Part shown: piece after piece, positions 11,549 to 24,749 of the stretch
Position numbering within the stretch: position 1 is the stretch's first letter
How the letters are laid out: the number at the start of each line of letters is the position of its first letter
NCBI RefSeq assembly: GCF_006345805.1
Contig: NC_043016.1
Location: 29,884,001-29,948,000 of the forward strand
Direction: 5' to 3'
From: Octopus sinensis
Lineage: Eukaryota
Length of the DNA stretch: 64,000 bases
Notes under the pieces: model-generated
Told to the model about the DNA's origin: nothing
Seen by the model: the letters and a program-made list of their open reading frames with translations, nothing else
Database searches by the model: none
Program-made: the position numbers and the translations under genes

Positions 11549-12759
11549 CTGAAAAGGTGCCACGGGTGGCTACCATTTCTCTCCTAATCAGCATCATCAT
11601 TATCCTTAAACATCTATTTTCCATGTTGGCATGGCTTGGAGGGTTTGACCAGAGCTGGCAAGTTGGAGAGCTGCACCAGGCTCTAGTCTGATTTAGTATG
11701 GTTTCTACAGTTGGTTGCCCTTCCAAATGCCAACCACTTTATAGAATGGGTTGGGTGCTTTTAACATGGCACCATTATTTAAAAAAAAATAATAATAAAT
11801 AAATAAAGGGATAGTAACAGCTGGAATGTTTGATCATAGGGCTCTTTAATCTGGGGCCAAACAACAACTGTAGTATCAAGAATTGGAACAGAAACCTTGA
11901 TAATTTACAATATATATCTGCCTACTGATAATAAAGCCATATAATTGCAGTGATTCCTTAATGCAAACCTGTCATTCAAAAATGAATTCAACATAATTTA
12001 TTCTTTTGTTTCCTACCATTAATATTTGAGTAGAGAAATAAGAGGACTATTAAATTACTAATTAGTTACAATGGAAATTATTCAGAGAAATAGTCAACAT
12101 AACAATCAGATGGAATGAAAGCTATAAATACAATGAAATATTTGTCTACGGTTGGTCTTCACTTGTTAGGATATACTCTACTTTGTGTTCTTATTTGAAG
12201 CTAGTCCTAAGAACAAAATCAGAGAAAATTATCTTGTAATCATTTTTGTTATAAATAGCTTATTTGCAATTTGAAAAACATCATCCATGCCAACAGCAAT
12301 TCATCTATAGCAAGAGTATTAATTATAGAGTTTGTTATTTCTAATTTAGCAAATCATAGATTTCTCAGACAAAGCTAATGTTGCTTTATTTTGTAATACA
12401 CATACATACACATGTGCAAATATGAAAATGTGCACACATGCATATGTACTCACACACATGCACACACAGAATAATTTCTAAAGCGTTAGTTTAAATGAGT
12501 CTTATTGTTTGTATTTTAGGATAGTCATTCTACCAATAAAACACACACACAAGTTCTAGTTCAGTTCAGTTTATTGACAATTAATTAGTTAATTGACTCT
12601 GTGTTAGTAAAGTCCTTTTGTCACACCTTGTGACCTTATTAATGGTGATGTGTCCTTAGTGCATTTCACAACAATTTGTACTCTCCTCATATGTTCCAAG
12701 TTTAATTTGATTTGATTTCACAGCAGGAATTTTAGAAAACAAATGCAAAAACAGTAATC

Positions 12760-12880
12760 TTATTGGTTTGGTCATATGATACAGATGGATGATGACAACT
12801 CCATAAAGAAGTGCCAATCTCTAAAAGTGGATGGAAAATATGGAAGACGGAGACCTAGGAAGACATGGGATGAAGTACCT
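12760..12880 (+). mobile_element. RTE-clade LINE 3' ORF fragment
   Basis: Translates WFGHMIQMDDDNSIKKCQSLKVDGKYGRRRPRKTWDEV, a typical RTE C-terminal motif. Confidence 0.8.
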
Positions 12881-13031
12881 GGTATCTTACTGTATTCAAG
12901 AAGACCTCTCCTTCACAGCAGAAGTGTTATTAAGGCTGTATTCCCAAGTGAGGATCATCGGCCTCGATGGGTCCTGTGCCAGTGCCACAACTGGTGCTAT
13001 GAAAGAGGGCTCATGCAATGTCACATTAAAA

Positions 13032-14405
13032 GCACCCAGCACACACTATAAAGTGGTTGGCACTAGGAAGGGCATCCAGCTGTAGAAACCAAACCAAATC
13101 AGACTGGAACCTGGTGCAGCTCTCCAGCTTGCCACCTCTAGCACTCAGTACACACTATAAAGTGGTTGGCACTAGGAAGGGGCATCCAGCTGTAGAAACC
13201 AAGCCAAATCAGATTGGAACCTGGTGCAGTTCTCCAGCTTGCCATCTCTAGCACTCAGCACACACTATAAAGTGGTTGGCACTAGGAAGGGCATTCAGCT
13301 GTAGAAACCAAGCCAAATCAGATTGGAACCTTGTGCAGCTCTCCAGCTTACCACCTCTAGCACTCAGCACACACTATAAAGTGGTTGGCACTAGGAAGGG
13401 CATCCAGCTGTAGAAACCAAGCCATATGAGACTGGAACCTGGTGCAGCTCTCCAGCTTGCCACCTCTAGCACTCAGTACACACTATAAAGTGGTTGGCAC
13501 TAGGAAGGGGCATCCAGCTGTAGAAACCAAGCCAAATCAGATTGGAACCTGGTGCAGTTCTCCAGCTTGCCATCTCTAGCACTCAGCACACACTATAAAG
13601 TGGTTGGCACTAGGAAGGGGCATCCAGCTGTAGAAACCAAACCAAATCAGACTGGAACCTGGTGCAGTTCTCCAGCTTGCCATCTCTAGCACTCAGCACA
13701 CACTATAAAGTGGTTGGCACTAGGAAGGGCACCCAGCTGTAGAAACCAAACCAAATCAGACTGGAACCTGGTGCAGTTCTCCAGCTTGCCATCTCTAGCA
13801 CTCAGCACACACTATAAAGTGGTTGGCACTAGGAAGGGCATTCAGCTGTAGAAACCAAGCCAAATCAGACTGGAACCTGGTGCAGCTCTCCAGCTTGCCA
13901 CCTCTAGCACTCAGTACACACTATAAAGTGGTTGGCACTAGGAAGGGCATCCAGCCATAGAAACCAAACCAAATCAGACTGGAACTTGGTGCAGCTCTCC
14001 AGCTTGTCACCTCTAGCACTCAGTACACACTATAAAGTGGTTGGCACTAGGAAGGGCATCCAGCTGTAGAAACCAAGCCAAATCAGACTGGAACCTTGGG
14101 CAGCTCTCCAGCTTACCACCTCTAGCACTCAGTACACACTATAAAGTGGTTGGCACTAGGAAGGGCATCCAGCTGTAGAAACCAAGCCAAATCAGACTGG
14201 AACCTTGTGCAGCTCTCAACCTTGCCACCTCTAGCACTCAGCACACACTATAAAGTGGTTGGCACTAGGAAGGGCATCCAGCCATAGAAACCAAACCAAA
14301 TCAGACAGGAACTTGGTGCAGCTCTCCAGCTTGCCAGCTCCAGTCAAACCATCAAACCCATGCCAGCACAGAAAACAGACGTGAAAGGATGGTGATGATG
14401 ATGAT
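13032..14405 (+). repeat. Tandem array of 12 x 109-110 bp units derived from the RTE-related 3'-end repeat
   Basis: Units start at about 13032, 13141, 13251, 13360, 13469, 13579, 13689, 13798, 13907, 14016, 14125 and 14234. The last unit runs into the normal element end and (GAT)n tail. Confidence 0.97.
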
Positions 14406-14721
14406 TATTTAGGATTTGTATATGATAATTAATAAACACCTATCTGAAAACTTAACTTTTAAAATAATAAAACTGAGTTAATTTTGTATATCAGATACTT
14501 GTACTTTATTCATATCCACAGAAAAAGTGTATGGAGTTTCATGCCTGATGTACTGAGATATCGTTAATATTTTAATAATAGCAGAAATAATAAAAAATAA
14601 TTCACAACTTAAACATTCTCCACTCCAATCTCATCAAAACAAAAAAAACATAGTTTTAAAAATATTTCTTTTCTATCATTGTCCATATTCCAGACTGGTA
14701 TGGATTTCTATAATGATATTT

Positions 14722-14761
<40 letters not shown>

Positions 14762-14763
<2 letters not shown>

Positions 14764-14960
14764 TCTTTTCCTTGTTTCAGTCATTTGACTATGGCCATGC
14801 TGGATCACTGTCTTTTAGTTGAGCAAATTGACCCCAGGACTTATTCTTTGTAAGCCTAGTACTTATTCTATCGGTCTCTCTTGCTGAACTGCTAAGTTAC
14901 GGGGATGTAAACACACCAGCATCGGTTCTCAAACAATGTTGGAGGGACAAATACAGACAC
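14762..14960 (-). mobile_element. SINE family A 3' half
   Basis: Matches 48843-49040. Confidence 0.85.
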
Positions 14961-17214
14961 TCTCATAAATTTCTCAATATTGCAACCCACTAACATCAAA
15001 CCTACTTCTTGATTCCACTACTAGTATTATATTTTTTTTTGCACAATAAACTAGCTCTATTGACAATTTGTGTTTTGTACAGCAACCTCAGTTTTGTACT
15101 CTCTTTGTTGATAATGTACATTGTGATCTGAAGTTATTAGGATAATATCTACCCCCAATAACTCTTATTCCTCCATTAGTTAAATGAACTGTGCAATGTG
15201 GGTCAAGAGTCACACACCAACGCATTTTGACAATTTATTCATATTATTTTGTTCATGTAGAAGTACATTATTTTATTTTATTCAATTTTAGAAAAATTAG
15301 CCTGTCTTTGACAAGTCTGGAGCATATTGAACTTATTTTGTGCATGACTTTTGGTCCACCCTCATCATCATCATCATTTAACATCTGCTTTCCATGACCG
15401 ATTTCACTCAGTTTGATGAGTCTTCTCAAGCACAGCATATCACCAAAAGTCTTGGTCATTTGTTGCCTCCATGAGGCCCAAAATTTGAAGATCATGCTTC
15501 ATCACCTTTTCCTATGTCTTCCTCTTCCGCAGGTTCCCTCCAAAGTTACAGATCAGCGTATGTAAAAATATGTGCATTTTTCCCCCACCCTTCTTCAAAT
15601 GGCCACTTTATCAAATATAGGAGAGTAACCCAGACTTCCACATTAACCATTAAGTCTAATTGTTGGCATCTTGAATGGATAAAAATGATTTTTGTAATTA
15701 TTTAGTCTACAGACATTGTACTGTCAACCTTTTTGATATTAACTCCCACCTGAGACCACCCTTGATTCTATATTATGCACTACCTGTTTCAAAGTAACCC
15801 AAATTAAGCCTTGCATCAAAATTCATGTTAAGTTAAGTTCCAAACACCAACTTAATAATGACAAAGTTACTTTATTAACTCCTTCATAATTTCAAAATTA
15901 ACTGAGGCAAGGTGGCCGATGCCAGTGGCATGTGAAAAGCACCTTTTGTGTGTTAGGCCTCAAGGAAGCAATGATGAATGAACAAGACCTTTGGTATTAT
16001 GTTGTGCTTGAGAAAAAGACCCATCAAGCCAAGTAAAATCAAAGTCATGGCAGATACTGGTGCCATTTGCATGGCACCTGTTCCAGTGGCACATAAAAGC
16101 ACCCATTACACTCTTGGAGTGCAAGAGCTATCTTTTGCCACACTAATGAAACTAGTAAAAATATTAGAAAACAAGGATCCTTTGTGTTGTTTGATTCAAG
16201 ATAGTCAACCTTTGATCTTAGATTATTTTTCTTTGAAGTGTTATTATTGTTTTTAAATGACCACTTTTATCAAAAATATTAATAAAAAAAACCTTAGCTA
16301 AGTGAAATCATGGTCATGGCCAGTTCTGGTGAGGCATGAAAGGCACCACTGATACATAAAAGGCTCCTGTACGGGCTCCATGCTGCTGACATGCAAATGC
16401 ACCCATGCCAATGACATGTAAAAGGCACCTGTGCTGCTAACATGTGAAAAGCACCCGTGCTGTTGACATGTAAAAGGCACCCATGCTAGTGACATGTAAA
16501 AGAGACCTAATAGAGTGTGTGGAGTGGTTGGCATGAGGAAGGGCATCCAGCCATAGAAACCAAGCCAAAACAGACAATTGGAGTCTGGTGCAGCTCTCCA
16601 GTTTACCATCTCCAATCAAACTGTCTAACCCATGCCAGCATGGAAAACAGATGTATGATGGAAAAGAGGCATATGATGATATACAGAATCAAACAAAAGA
16701 CTTTCATGATAGTAACTAACTTAGAAGTATTAATGCTTTCTGCTCTTACTTGTCAAATGACTTTCATGATAGACTTGGCTGACAGCTGGATCCATCCCTC
16801 ATGTAATAACAGCTGCTCAATACAAACCCATAAATCAGTAATACACAGACTCTGAATGAGTGCATGTAAGGTAATTATATCACCCCAGTACACATCTCAA
16901 AACAGGTTTGATTTCTGGCAGCTCAGGCCTGCAATGTTTATCCCAAAATATCCTGCAAAATTTATCCCATTACCAAATGAAGAACTTTTGGAAAGTTGTC
17001 CATAATGCTCAGCCTGAAAGTCCTCCAGAAGAGACTACCCTCACTGATCTCATCAAAACCTAGAACTGGTCTAAGGTCAACATCACTCATATACTCCACT
17101 AAAGTTCTGCTGAATGTGAGAGTTGACTTTCCACTGACCTCATGACCCAGCTGGTAGAGTGCAGCAAGTATCTGGCAATGTTCCAGATAAATGATAATAA
17201 TAACAATAATGATA

Positions 17215-17632
17215 ATGATTTCAAACTTTGGCACATGCACAGCAATTTCAGAGGAGGGGGTAAATCAATTGCATTGACCCCAGTATTCAACTAGAACTTA
17301 TTTTATCAACCCCACCCACCCAAAAGGGATGAAAGGCAAAGTTGACATCAGTTGAACTCAGAATATAATGACAAACAAAATGCCACAAAGCATTTTGCCC
17401 AGCATGCTAACGATTCTGCCAGCTTACCACCTTGTTAAATAATAATAATAATAATAATAAACCTTGGCCTGAAATTTTGTGGAAGGGGCTAGTAGATTAT
17501 ACTAACCCCAATGCATAACTGGTACTTATTTCATTGATCCTGAAAGGATGAAAGGTAAAGTTAACCTCAGCAGAATTTGAACTCAGAATATAAAGATGGG
17601 CGAAAAACTGTTAAGCATTTCACTTGGTGTAC
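17215..17632 (-). mobile_element. Two adjacent SINE family B copies
   Basis: Reverse complements of the 39091 copy at 17215-17432 and 17461-17632, separated by (AAT)n. Confidence 0.7.
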
Positions 17633-18100
17633 TAATAGACATAGAGAGAATTTGAACTTAGAATGTAATGAGCTGCAAGAAATACCACAAAGATTTTCTC
17701 TTCTTTTTCACCAATGCTAATAAAACAACCAATCTATTATGATAACACCTCAGTGTGTGTGTGTGTATGTGCGAGATAAGCATACACACATTACTGAAAC
17801 TAAATAGCTAAACAGCTGATTTGATTGATCTTGAGGTTCGCTCACTCTCATATATATAGAGAAAGAGAGAATGAGGAGGGTAGGAGGAGCTAATAGTGAG
17901 GGATTATCAATCTGGGCAACATACTTCGTAAGCTCTCTGTTGGCACACCAGTCTAACAATATTGTTTAGATTGGTAAAGAACTCCAAGTATTCTTATGGC
18001 AGGGTCATCACAATTCTGTATTGTAAATCCATGGTTGGGCTCCAGACAAACTGGTCTTTAAACAGGGTAATATGTAAGACAAGCTATAAATAATGGACAA

Positions 18101-18412
18101 TACATATTTTTCCCTTATTAGAGTAAATTTGGCTTACAGCTGTTTCCAGTAGTCATTATAGGTGTGTTGCTGATGGATTCACTCAACTGGTCTATTGATC
18201 AGTTTAGTAAAATTGAACGGCCTAAAAAAAATTAATCCTACTTTTGTCAGAAACCAGAAATGGCTCTGACGAAAATAGCATTAGTTTTTAGGTTGTTTGA
18301 TTTTTCTCAACTCGTCACTAGACCAACTGAGTTAGCTTATCGGTAATGTACCTATAATGACTACTGGAAACAGCTGTAAGCCAAATTTACTCCAATAAAG
18401 GAAAACTATGTA
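18101..18412. mobile_element. Fold-back element whose arms are each a long-stem-II hammerhead unit
   Basis: Arms 18101-18255 and 18261-18412. GAGTAAATTTGGCTTACAGCTGTTTCCAGTAGTCATTATAGGT is exactly inverted at about 18350-18392. Confidence 0.8.
18261..18383 (+). ncRNA. Type I hammerhead motif with about 94-nt stem II region
   Basis: tggct CTGACGA [94 nt] GAAA cagctg TA agcca. Stem I is tggct/agcca, stem III is the palindrome ACAGCUGU, the cleavage triplet is GUA. Confidence 0.65.
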
Positions 18413-18449
18413 ATGACTTAGTTACACCTTGACTTATATATATATATAT

Positions 18450-18817
18450 CTTTTGCTTGTTTCAGTCATTTGACTGTGGCTATGCTGGAGCACCACCTTT
18501 AATCAAGCAACTCGACCCCGGGACTTATTCTTTGTAAGCCCAGTACTTATTCTATCGGTCTCTTTTGCCGAACCGCTAAGTAACGGGGACATAAACACAC
18601 CAGCATCGGTTGTCAAGCAATGCTAGGGGGACAAACACAGACACACAAATACATATATACAACGGGCTTCTTTCAGTTTCCGTCTACCAAATCCACTCAC
18701 AAGGCTATATATATATATATATATTCTTTTATTTGTTTCAGTCATTTGACTGCAGCCATGCTGGAGCACTGCATTTACTTGAACAAATTGACTCCAGGAC
18801 TTACTCTTTGTAAGCCT
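18450..18817 (-). mobile_element. SINE family A, truncated copy plus adjacent 3' fragment
   Basis: 18450-18705 and 18725-18817 match the family consensus seen at 48843. Confidence 0.85.
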
Positions 18818-19239
18818 GCCAAGTAATGCTGAAAGGTGATTTGGCAGAGCTGTTAGAGCATTGGATAAATTGTCTTACAGTTGTCATTTTGTCATCTGCA
18901 CTCCAAGTTCAAATCCAGCTGCATTCAATTTGGCCTTTCACCATTTTGGAACTGATAAATAAAGTAAGAAATGATATCCACCCCTACACACACTATCTTT
19001 TACAAAGAAATCAGCTGTGGATAGATTCTGAGAAGGATGTGGTCAGACAGATTTATATGTCCAAGGCATGCTGTATGTATATCACAAGCAGTTTTATTTT
19101 AAGGGATGTAGTCCCGGTAGCAGTAGGTCCCCAAAACTCATGGACCCATTGATATAATTTCAGATTTATGAAACTGAGGGGTTATTTTTTCAGTGTAGTA
19201 TCCAGGCTCAGCAGCATGTACATAATAGTGTGTGTGTGT

Positions 19240-20071
19240 GTGTACGTGTGTGCGCGCGCGCGCGAGCGGCATGTCCGTACATACATATTTGTGTGTGGAG
19301 TGTGTGTGTGTAAAAACTAAGTATTTTATTTCCAGTTTGGGTTACTTTATTTCTCTATTTTAATATACTGCAACGTTTCGATAAAATAGAATATTATTTA
19401 TTCTATTTTAAAAACAACGAGTCATGTACTCGATTTTTTTAATTATTTTTTTTTTTTACAGTCACGGAAATAAGACTTAAGAAACACGAAGGAAAAGAGT
19501 TGGAAAGTAAAAGGTCAAGGGACATAACTATTTCACAATAACTTATAAGAGTTATCTCCTTTGACACTGCCTCTTCGAGTGTTTGGTTATCCAGTCATTC
19601 ATAAAATGTATATTTTATTTTGTTTCTAATACACTTACTCTTCCAAGCTTCAGTCAATATAATACACTGCGGCTGTTTTTTTTTACTATAGATTTTAACG
19701 TTCATAAACTACGTTCTACAACGTAGGTACTAACGTATTTCAACATGCCGAGTGGTTATCAGCCGCATTAATTTTAAAAGCCTCCCTCACTCCCTTGTAC
19801 TAATTAATGCAACCGTTAAATTCCAAGAAGCTTATCTCAGTGGAAAAAGTGTATGGTGTGTGTGTGTGAATACATAAAATGATTACGTGAAATAATATGA
19901 AAAAAAAAATATCCGTTACAGGCAATGTCGACGAGATGTGGTGACTGAAAGTAACTGTTGAGAACCCACTTCACTCCCGAGTGTCAACTACAGCCAGAAA
20001 TGTCAGGAACAAGAATTATATATAGTGAAATGTTTAAACTGGCAACCAAAGAATCAGGAATTGCCACTATC

Positions 20072-20115
<44 letters not shown>

Positions 20116-20220
20116 CGCGCACGTACACACACTAGAAATGAGAGTAATTGCAACTTGAGTATTTAGCTCACGAACCCTATCAAAAACGAAGCAGGTTCAT
20201 GAAACATCAAGAATCGCATT
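19240..20220. promoter_or_regulatory. CpG-retaining, TE-poor promoter-like region with candidate first exon on the minus strand (donor at 19638)
   Basis: CpG density is visibly above the flanks. Minus-strand donor GGAAGA|GTAAGT (plus ACTTAC 19633-19638). Paired AAGGGACATAACT / AGTTATCTCCTTT motifs at about 19517-19562. Confidence 0.45.
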
Positions 20221-20229
20221 GAACCCCAT

Positions 20230-20430
20230 GAAAATCTTCTCACAATGGCAATGAAAAGAAAGCTAAGAAGGATAATATGGCCATGTACGAAGATCCAGTG
20301 GCCTTGCAAAGACCAGTCATCTCAGAACAGAAGGGGACAGGGAAAAAAAAAATTGAATGGACAAGCAAAAATCATTAGCAGATACGTGATGGAGAGGAGA
20401 GGTGTACAATACACCATTGAGGTATCTCTA
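20230..20430 (+). mobile_element. Decayed RTE (BovB-like) 3' ORF fragment
   Basis: KRKLR...(Y)GHVRRSSGLAKT...RRGQGKK motifs spread across frameshifts. Confidence 0.55.
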
Positions 20431-21059
20431 CAATGCCGGTATTGAAGGTTCAAGCAATATCTATACATACACACATACAACACATACATGCTTAGCCATG
20501 TTGCCAATGAACACACTGAATGCAAATTAGATATGAAAGCTAAATTCTGTCTGCTACAAGTTTTCTTAGTGTGAAGAATGATGAGAGGTACTTGTACTTT
20601 GATGAAAAGCGAAAGTAAAACATTCCAGGGCAATCTCCTTAATTCTTTTATGTACAAACAAGATACATTAACATCTGTTTAAAAGTTCCACAGCAAAAGG
20701 CTTATGCCTGTAATCCATCCTGCCCAGTCACGCATTTCCCACATTTTATTATGCTAGGGATCATGCAAACTTATAGACATCCAGTTTCATCTTTGATTCT
20801 TATCATACACATCATTTAATTACCATGTCATTGTTTAATATTACAGGAGAATCTGGCAAAAAAAAAAAAGAAAAAGGGTTTTTTTTTCCCCTTTATGTTT
20901 GTAAGGTTCCATAGTTGTTGATAGTTTCTGTTTCCAGGGTAACCAAGTAAATTGTGGAGAAGATAGATTTGCTGAGGCCATAGCATCCAGAATAAGAACA
21001 GGGGTGGGAAGAGTTCTGTGAGCTATATTGTCCCTGGCTGGTAACACTAAGGTTCTCAC

Positions 21060-21740
21060 TTCAAGCAAAGGGTAGATTTTATGTTACTTGCAAGCAAAGT
21101 GCAATACCACATGGTAGTGAGACAGTGGACACTGAATACAGAAGATGTGCAAAAGCTGAAGAGAAATGACAAAAGCATACTTGTGTAACGTTTTGTATGT
21201 ATGAGGACTTAGATTCCTGGTGCCTTGCTGTACTCAAGAAGACGCATACACTGCAGCAGAAGTATTAAGACTGGTCCCTTTGATGGGGTAAAGCACTTGT
21301 TGTGCTGCTACATGAAAGCAGTGCCACATAAAAGCACCTAGCACACTGTAAAGTGGTTGGCATTAGGAAGGGCATCAAGCTGTAGAAACCATGCCAAATC
21401 AGACTGGAGTCTGATGCAGATCACCATCTTGTCAGCTCTAGTCAAACTGTCAAACCCAAGCCATCATGGACAATGGACATTATATAATGATGGTGATGAT
21501 GATGATGAGTGACATAGTACCAATAAGCAGAGAGAAAATCTGGATATAAGAAAAAACAGCTGTAGTGTGCAAAATATGTAATGAGGGCATAATGCTTTTG
21601 GTTAATAACATATGCAGAGAAGTGCCATGAGATTCAAGAGAAAGAAAATTGTGGCAGAGGAATACTGGAGAAAACAGGAAGAGGTGTGATGAAAGCTAAT
21701 TTCAAAATTTGGAAACTATCTCAAAGAAGATGATAAAACA
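21060..21740 (+). mobile_element. Decayed RTE LINE 3' region interrupted by a family C repeat
   Basis: HGSETVDT..EDVQKLKRND-like translation; homologous to 59090-59500. Confidence 0.6.
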
Positions 21741-22173
21741 AAGACCTGTCCAAACTAAATCTCCAGATTTCAACTCAAAATGTAAATGAGTAGTATAAAA
21801 TATTCTATCCAACAGTCCACCACTTTCCTTGCCAATTAGCTGTGTCTAGAGATAGATTTAATCATTATAGTTTAATTCTTAATCTAGTAAAACACTTAAG
21901 CAGAGATTAATTACTAGGAAACAAATTAACTTAATTCAGATTAATATATATTTACACAGATTAAATTTAATAAGATATTAAAAGCATCGCTTTAGCAATT
22001 AATTTTTTTAAAAATTCATACAGACAGATTTTATACCCATCAAGAGATTTACAAATTTTCAAGCCTCTTATGTTGGAGCTAGAAAACCCTCCAAGTTCAA
22101 AATCAATGTAGGATTAGTAAAGTGTTATAACCAAAGATACATTATATTATCAAAACATATGAACAAGTGAATA

Positions 22174-22403
22174 TTAACCCTTTAGCATTTAAATGGGCCA
22201 TATCTGGCCCAAATATTCTTCCTGTTTTATGTTGAAATTGACCAAATCTGGCTTCTCACACCAACCCTACAATACCATTCTAAAAATAAACAGTGACATC
22301 ATTGAAATCGCACAGTTACATGATAACACGTTATTAATTCAAAACAGTGTGAATAAAAAAGAGCACTACTTTTGACATGATAATGTGAATGCTAAAAGGT
22401 CAA
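22174..22403 (+). mobile_element. piggyBac-type MITE family 1
   Basis: TTAACCCTTTAGCATT...AATGCTAAAAGGTCAA termini. Confidence 0.8.
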
Positions 22404-24749
22404 TAACAAGGGAACCAAGGGTTGAGTTGACTCATTAGAAAACAGGCTAGATTACTAGTGATAGGCCTGTTACAACTCAATTGTTGTGCACAATACACTA
22501 TCAATGATGTCATCAAAATAATACATATTGTGTTTAAATTTTTTTTAGATGTTTTTGCTCACTTATTAAATGGTAGTAGATAATGCTGGTTAACTCAAGG
22601 TACAATTATACACACTGGACTACTGATAATAAGGTCATAAACTGAAACCTTATCACTAAAGACATGGCATAAGTTATACATATTACCATGGGATTTTCAT
22701 TTTCCTACACCAAGCTTCTATCACCTATCTGAAACTCCTCTATAATCTGCTTCACAACTTATTCTATAAACATTCATCTAAAACTAAAGAAGTCTACATG
22801 TAGGTGACATTCTAATAAGTCTATTAAATAAATTAAAATATTGTACAGGCTTTTAAAATGGTTCGTAGTTATTAGTCTAGGATTATACAGTTGCTCAATG
22901 TGATAGAAAGAGCAACTAAATCTTACTTAATTTATTCCTTATTACCTTAAAAAAAAAAAGATAATATAAATCTACTACTTTTGATAAAAAGTCTCACATA
23001 AGGTACCCACAACATATTCTTGGATCACTCTACATTTATTTTTTTCTAATAAAAGAAACTATTCCAGCAACATGGTTCTCTTTTTGTCTGTTGCCTCAGT
23101 CACAGTCTTATCCCATGCCATTTCTGCTTCCACTTCAACTCATAAACTTGTCATAAACCTTCCACTTCAATGTATTCTCACCCTCATTTCTAGTCTAAAT
23201 GTCTACTACCATCAGATCCACTTGTTCTCGTTACATTTTAACACTGATGTTTAGCAGACCAATGTCCTTCTCTCTTCACCCCATCCTTACACCTTTCAGA
23301 GCCCTTTTCACCCACCAATTCAATCAGCTTTTATTCAGACATCATCTCAAACATCAAAGCCTGATCTAATCTAACTAGCCCCACATGATGCTGTGACTCT
23401 ACCCCAGTCCTTATATGCCATTTTTTGAAGCTAAACATTCGATATTAAGGAAGGGTCTCCACTGTCAATGAATTCCAGACTCAGACTGACACCGAGCTGC
23501 TCCTGTGTCACAATAACTAGTGTGCTTTTTTTGCCACAACATATCTATGGGGTTAAAAAATATTAACTGTTTTGCCAGTCTCAGCTAGCAACCATCTAAA
23601 AGGATAACCTGCCCAAGACACTTTAAAACAGTTCACCAGCTTGTGCTACTATACTGTGAACAATTCCAGTTCAAAAGCATTTAAGACATCTAAACATCTG
23701 GGCCAAATTGTTTTCCGGTTCTATTTACAATTACATAATAGCAGTACATGCAGGTAGTAAAATCTGTTCTTTACTTCCAGAAAGCTTTCTGAGTTTTCCA
23801 AAGCTGGATCTCCTACCAACTACACTAGTTGTTATTTAATGTCAAGCCTTTGATCAAAGGCATTCCAGCCTTGACTACCTCATCTTTTACTCAGCCTTAT
23901 TGAATAATATAATATAATCCTAGATGGCAAGACATATTTTGATGGAAATTTGGCTGCTTTTTGTAGCAGATCAATCAACCATGAGCCCCATCCCTCATAA
24001 GCTCATCAGACACACTAGTACTAGGAACTATTTCCTATCAACTTCCTTACTAAGCAAGACCATTCCTCAAATATTACTAAGCCTCTCCATTCTAACTAGT
24101 ACTTTGAATTTGGAAATGCCATCTACACTGAGCTAACTACCTTTCTACAGTAGATTTTACCAGAGAAACAAGTTAACATACAGAAGTCCTGAACTTGGAT
24201 AAAAAAGAAAATTTTGAGTCTTAATGGATGGCCACTTATGGATTTCATTTTTGCTATTTCTGAGTTTTAATACTCTTATTTATATGGCTTCATCTATACT
24301 CAAGGACCATTCAACCAACATTTTGGCCCTTTAATACACAGTAAAAAAAAGAAAGTGAAAAGTTGTCTGTAAATAAATAAATACAAGTTATAGTTTATTC
24401 TTAGATAACTTTCTTAAAACTATAATGAGCATAGCTCTATATAAACTAAACCCATCTTGCATAAACTTCCTAAAACTTGTACCTTGTGGTATGTGTAATT
24501 ACTCTCTAGTGCTTCTTTATCCTGTAACAGATGAATGTGCAACTAAGTCAAACATTAGCGAAAATTGAAAAATGATCAAGACATCTTTGATGCTTTCTAC
24601 ATCCAAGCAACTCATTGTCAAAAGAACCTGCAGCCGTCTTTGTATTTTTATCATCTCCATATCATTAACATTCTTCAGTTTCTTTCTTAGCAATCACTAA
24701 GAGCAAGTAAGCCCTTATTATCATTTTAGAAAAGTTTTATTTATATCTT

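Noticed and set aside
13032-14405. CRISPR-like regular array
   Set aside because: Whole units are near-identical with no unique spacers, no cas genes are present, the context is eukaryotic, and the unit derives from a dispersed retroelement end.
16962-17240. 92-aa minus-strand ORF as an exon
   Set aside because: It starts in a SINE tail and has no convincing splice sites. The plus strand has a weak, stop-interrupted hAT-like SSAECE motif, so a transposase relic is possible but unsupported.
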